Source: Armatimonadia bacterium (GTDB lineage Bacteria > Armatimonadota > Zipacnadia > Zipacnadales > UBA11051). From it: a stretch of DNA of 16,117 bases. The position numbers and the translations under genes were made by a program. Shown piece by piece: positions 14,849-16,117 of the stretch (its first letter is position 1; each line of letters opens with the position of its first letter). The notes under the pieces are model-generated. The model had not been told where the DNA came from and did no database searches. It saw nothing but the letters and a program-made list of their open reading frames with translations. The DNA is taken from assembly GCA_039683575.1 (NCBI GenBank), contig JBDKRC010000259.1:1-16117 (forward strand), given 5' to 3'.

Positions 14849-15855
14849 TAAAACTCGTTGCGGACCTTCACCGGCTTGCCGGTCTTGGACGACTCGATGG
14901 CCGCCCAGCCTGTCGCTACGGTCTTCGCGCCGTCCACCCCGTCAATCAGCGGCGTGGTGTCGTTGATGACGCAGTCCACGAAGTGTCCGATCTCGCTCGC
15001 GATGGCCTTGGCCATGGTCTCCTTGGGCAAGGTCAGCCACTTGTTGCGCTGCACGGTCGTCAGGCACATTTTGAACGTGTCGCTGGTGTTGTCGCCCTCG
15101 ACGGTGCCCTTGCTACCCCATACCTGGCAGTCAATGTTGTACGGCCGCTGACAGCCGTCGCTGGCCATGATGCGGCCGACGGCGCCGGACTTGAACTTCA
15201 CGTTCAGGTTCCAGTGGTCGTCATACTGCTGCACGGGGATGTTGTAGTGGTTGCTGTAGCAGCTGACCTCGTCAATGTCGCCGCCGAGCCACCGCGCGAG
15301 ATCTATGGCGTGGCAGCCGCCGCCGATGAGGAAGTGGCGCTTTTCGGGGTCAAACCGCCAGCCGTCCCAGCCGGGGATGTTTTCGTAGTTGTGGATGTAG
15401 CTGGTCTCGATGTTGAAGACCTCGCCCAGCGTGCCCTCGTCAATCCAGCGCTTGCAGTCCGCGAAAAAGCTGTAGAAGCGGCAGACATGGGCCACCATGA
15501 GCTTCTTGTTGGCCTTGCGCGCGGCAGCGACCATCTGCGCGCACTCGTCCACGGTGCGGGCCATGGGCTTCTCGACCAACACATGCTTGCCGGCCTCGAA
15601 GGCGGCCAGGGTCTGCTCGAGGTGGTAGTGGTCGGGGGTGGTAATCGAGACAATATCCACGTCCGGGGACTTCAAAATGTCCTCATAGTTGGTGGTGGCG
15701 AGCTTGACGGGGAACTCCGCCGTCACCTTGTCCACCTCGGCCTGATTCGTGTCACAGACGCCCACAAGCTGCGCCTTGGGATGCTCGTTAGCCTGCTTGA
15801 AGTGGCCGTAGCCCATGTGGAGGCCGATTACGGCGATGCCTAGTTTGCGGTCCAT
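14848..15855 (-). CDS. Gfo/Idh/MocA family oxidoreductase
   Basis: IAVIGLHMG, ITTPDHYH, GKHVLVEKPM, GGGCHAIDLARW; GAAAGG RBS. Confidence 0.92.
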   Translation of the reverse strand: MDRKLGIAVIGLHMGYGHFKQANEHPKAQLVGVCDTNQAEVDKVTAEFPVKLATTNYEDILKSPDVDIVSITTPDHYHLEQTLAAFEAGKHVLVEKPMARTVDECAQMVAAARKANKKLMVAHVCRFYSFFADCKRWIDEGTLGEVFNIETSYIHNYENIPGWDGWRFDPEKRHFLIGGGCHAIDLARWLGGDIDEVSCYSNHYNIPVQQYDDHWNLNVKFKSGAVGRIMASDGCQRPYNIDCQVWGSKGTVEGDNTSDTFKMCLTTVQRNKWLTLPKETMAKAIASEIGHFVDCVINDTTPLIDGVDGAKTVATGWAAIESSKTGKPVKVRNEF

Positions 15856-16117
15856 GCGTTCAATCTACCTTTCGCTTGAGACTCGATGACCATTGCTGAG
15901 GTCGGATTTGAGAGATGGCGGTTTCGGATGATTGCTGGTGCTTCTATTCTCCGGCGCGTACGGCCCGGTATACCATTACCGGAAAGGACTCTGGCATCGG
16001 GAGTGGCAGCCGGTGGGTCCCCAGGGTCCGCCCGGTCCAGGGCGAATAGCCGGTGGAAGGATAGCAGCGGCCCGTGGTCCCGTTGTACGCGCCGCAGTCA
16101 ATTGGTCCCAACGTGGC

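Noticed and set aside
3392-15843. Long antisense ORFs (3392-4222, 4616-5449, 6537-7661, 9260-10192, 12483-13523, 14983-15843)
   Set aside because: Shadow frames opposite well-supported genes, expected with high GC3 codon bias
15856-16117. Possible divergent promoter or gene start, and a short CCGGTA/TACCGG inverted repeat near 15965-15982
   Set aside because: Weak matches and no supportable ORF before the window ends

Overview
High-GC bacterial chromosomal window; the gene mix suggests an Armatimonadota/PVC-like lineage, but that is inference only. It mixes housekeeping genes (gatC-gatA without adjacent gatB, tRNA-Ala(CGC), tatA, cysS, a class I/II aminotransferase) with sugar-metabolism-type genes (two Gfo/Idh/MocA oxidoreductases, CE4-like deacetylase, D-lyxose isomerase family cupin, PfkB kinase, a secreted CBM + GH-like protein) and hypotheticals. 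The intergenic DNA is the most interesting part. (1) GTAG-type REP/REPIN elements at ~1697, ~4460, ~6250 and ~7745 carry five 20-nt hairpin inserts (four sequence variants with covarying stems) at three different sites of the REP consensus, suggesting a very small nested mobile element. (2) A four-way-junction RNA lies upstream of the aminotransferase with its basal stem bracketing the RBS; I cannot assign it to a known riboswitch. (3) There is also a second REP family, a perfect 29-bp inverted repeat, and a promoter overlapping a terminator before cysS. Of 15 complete CDSs, 12 end in TAG, 3 in TAA and none in TGA.
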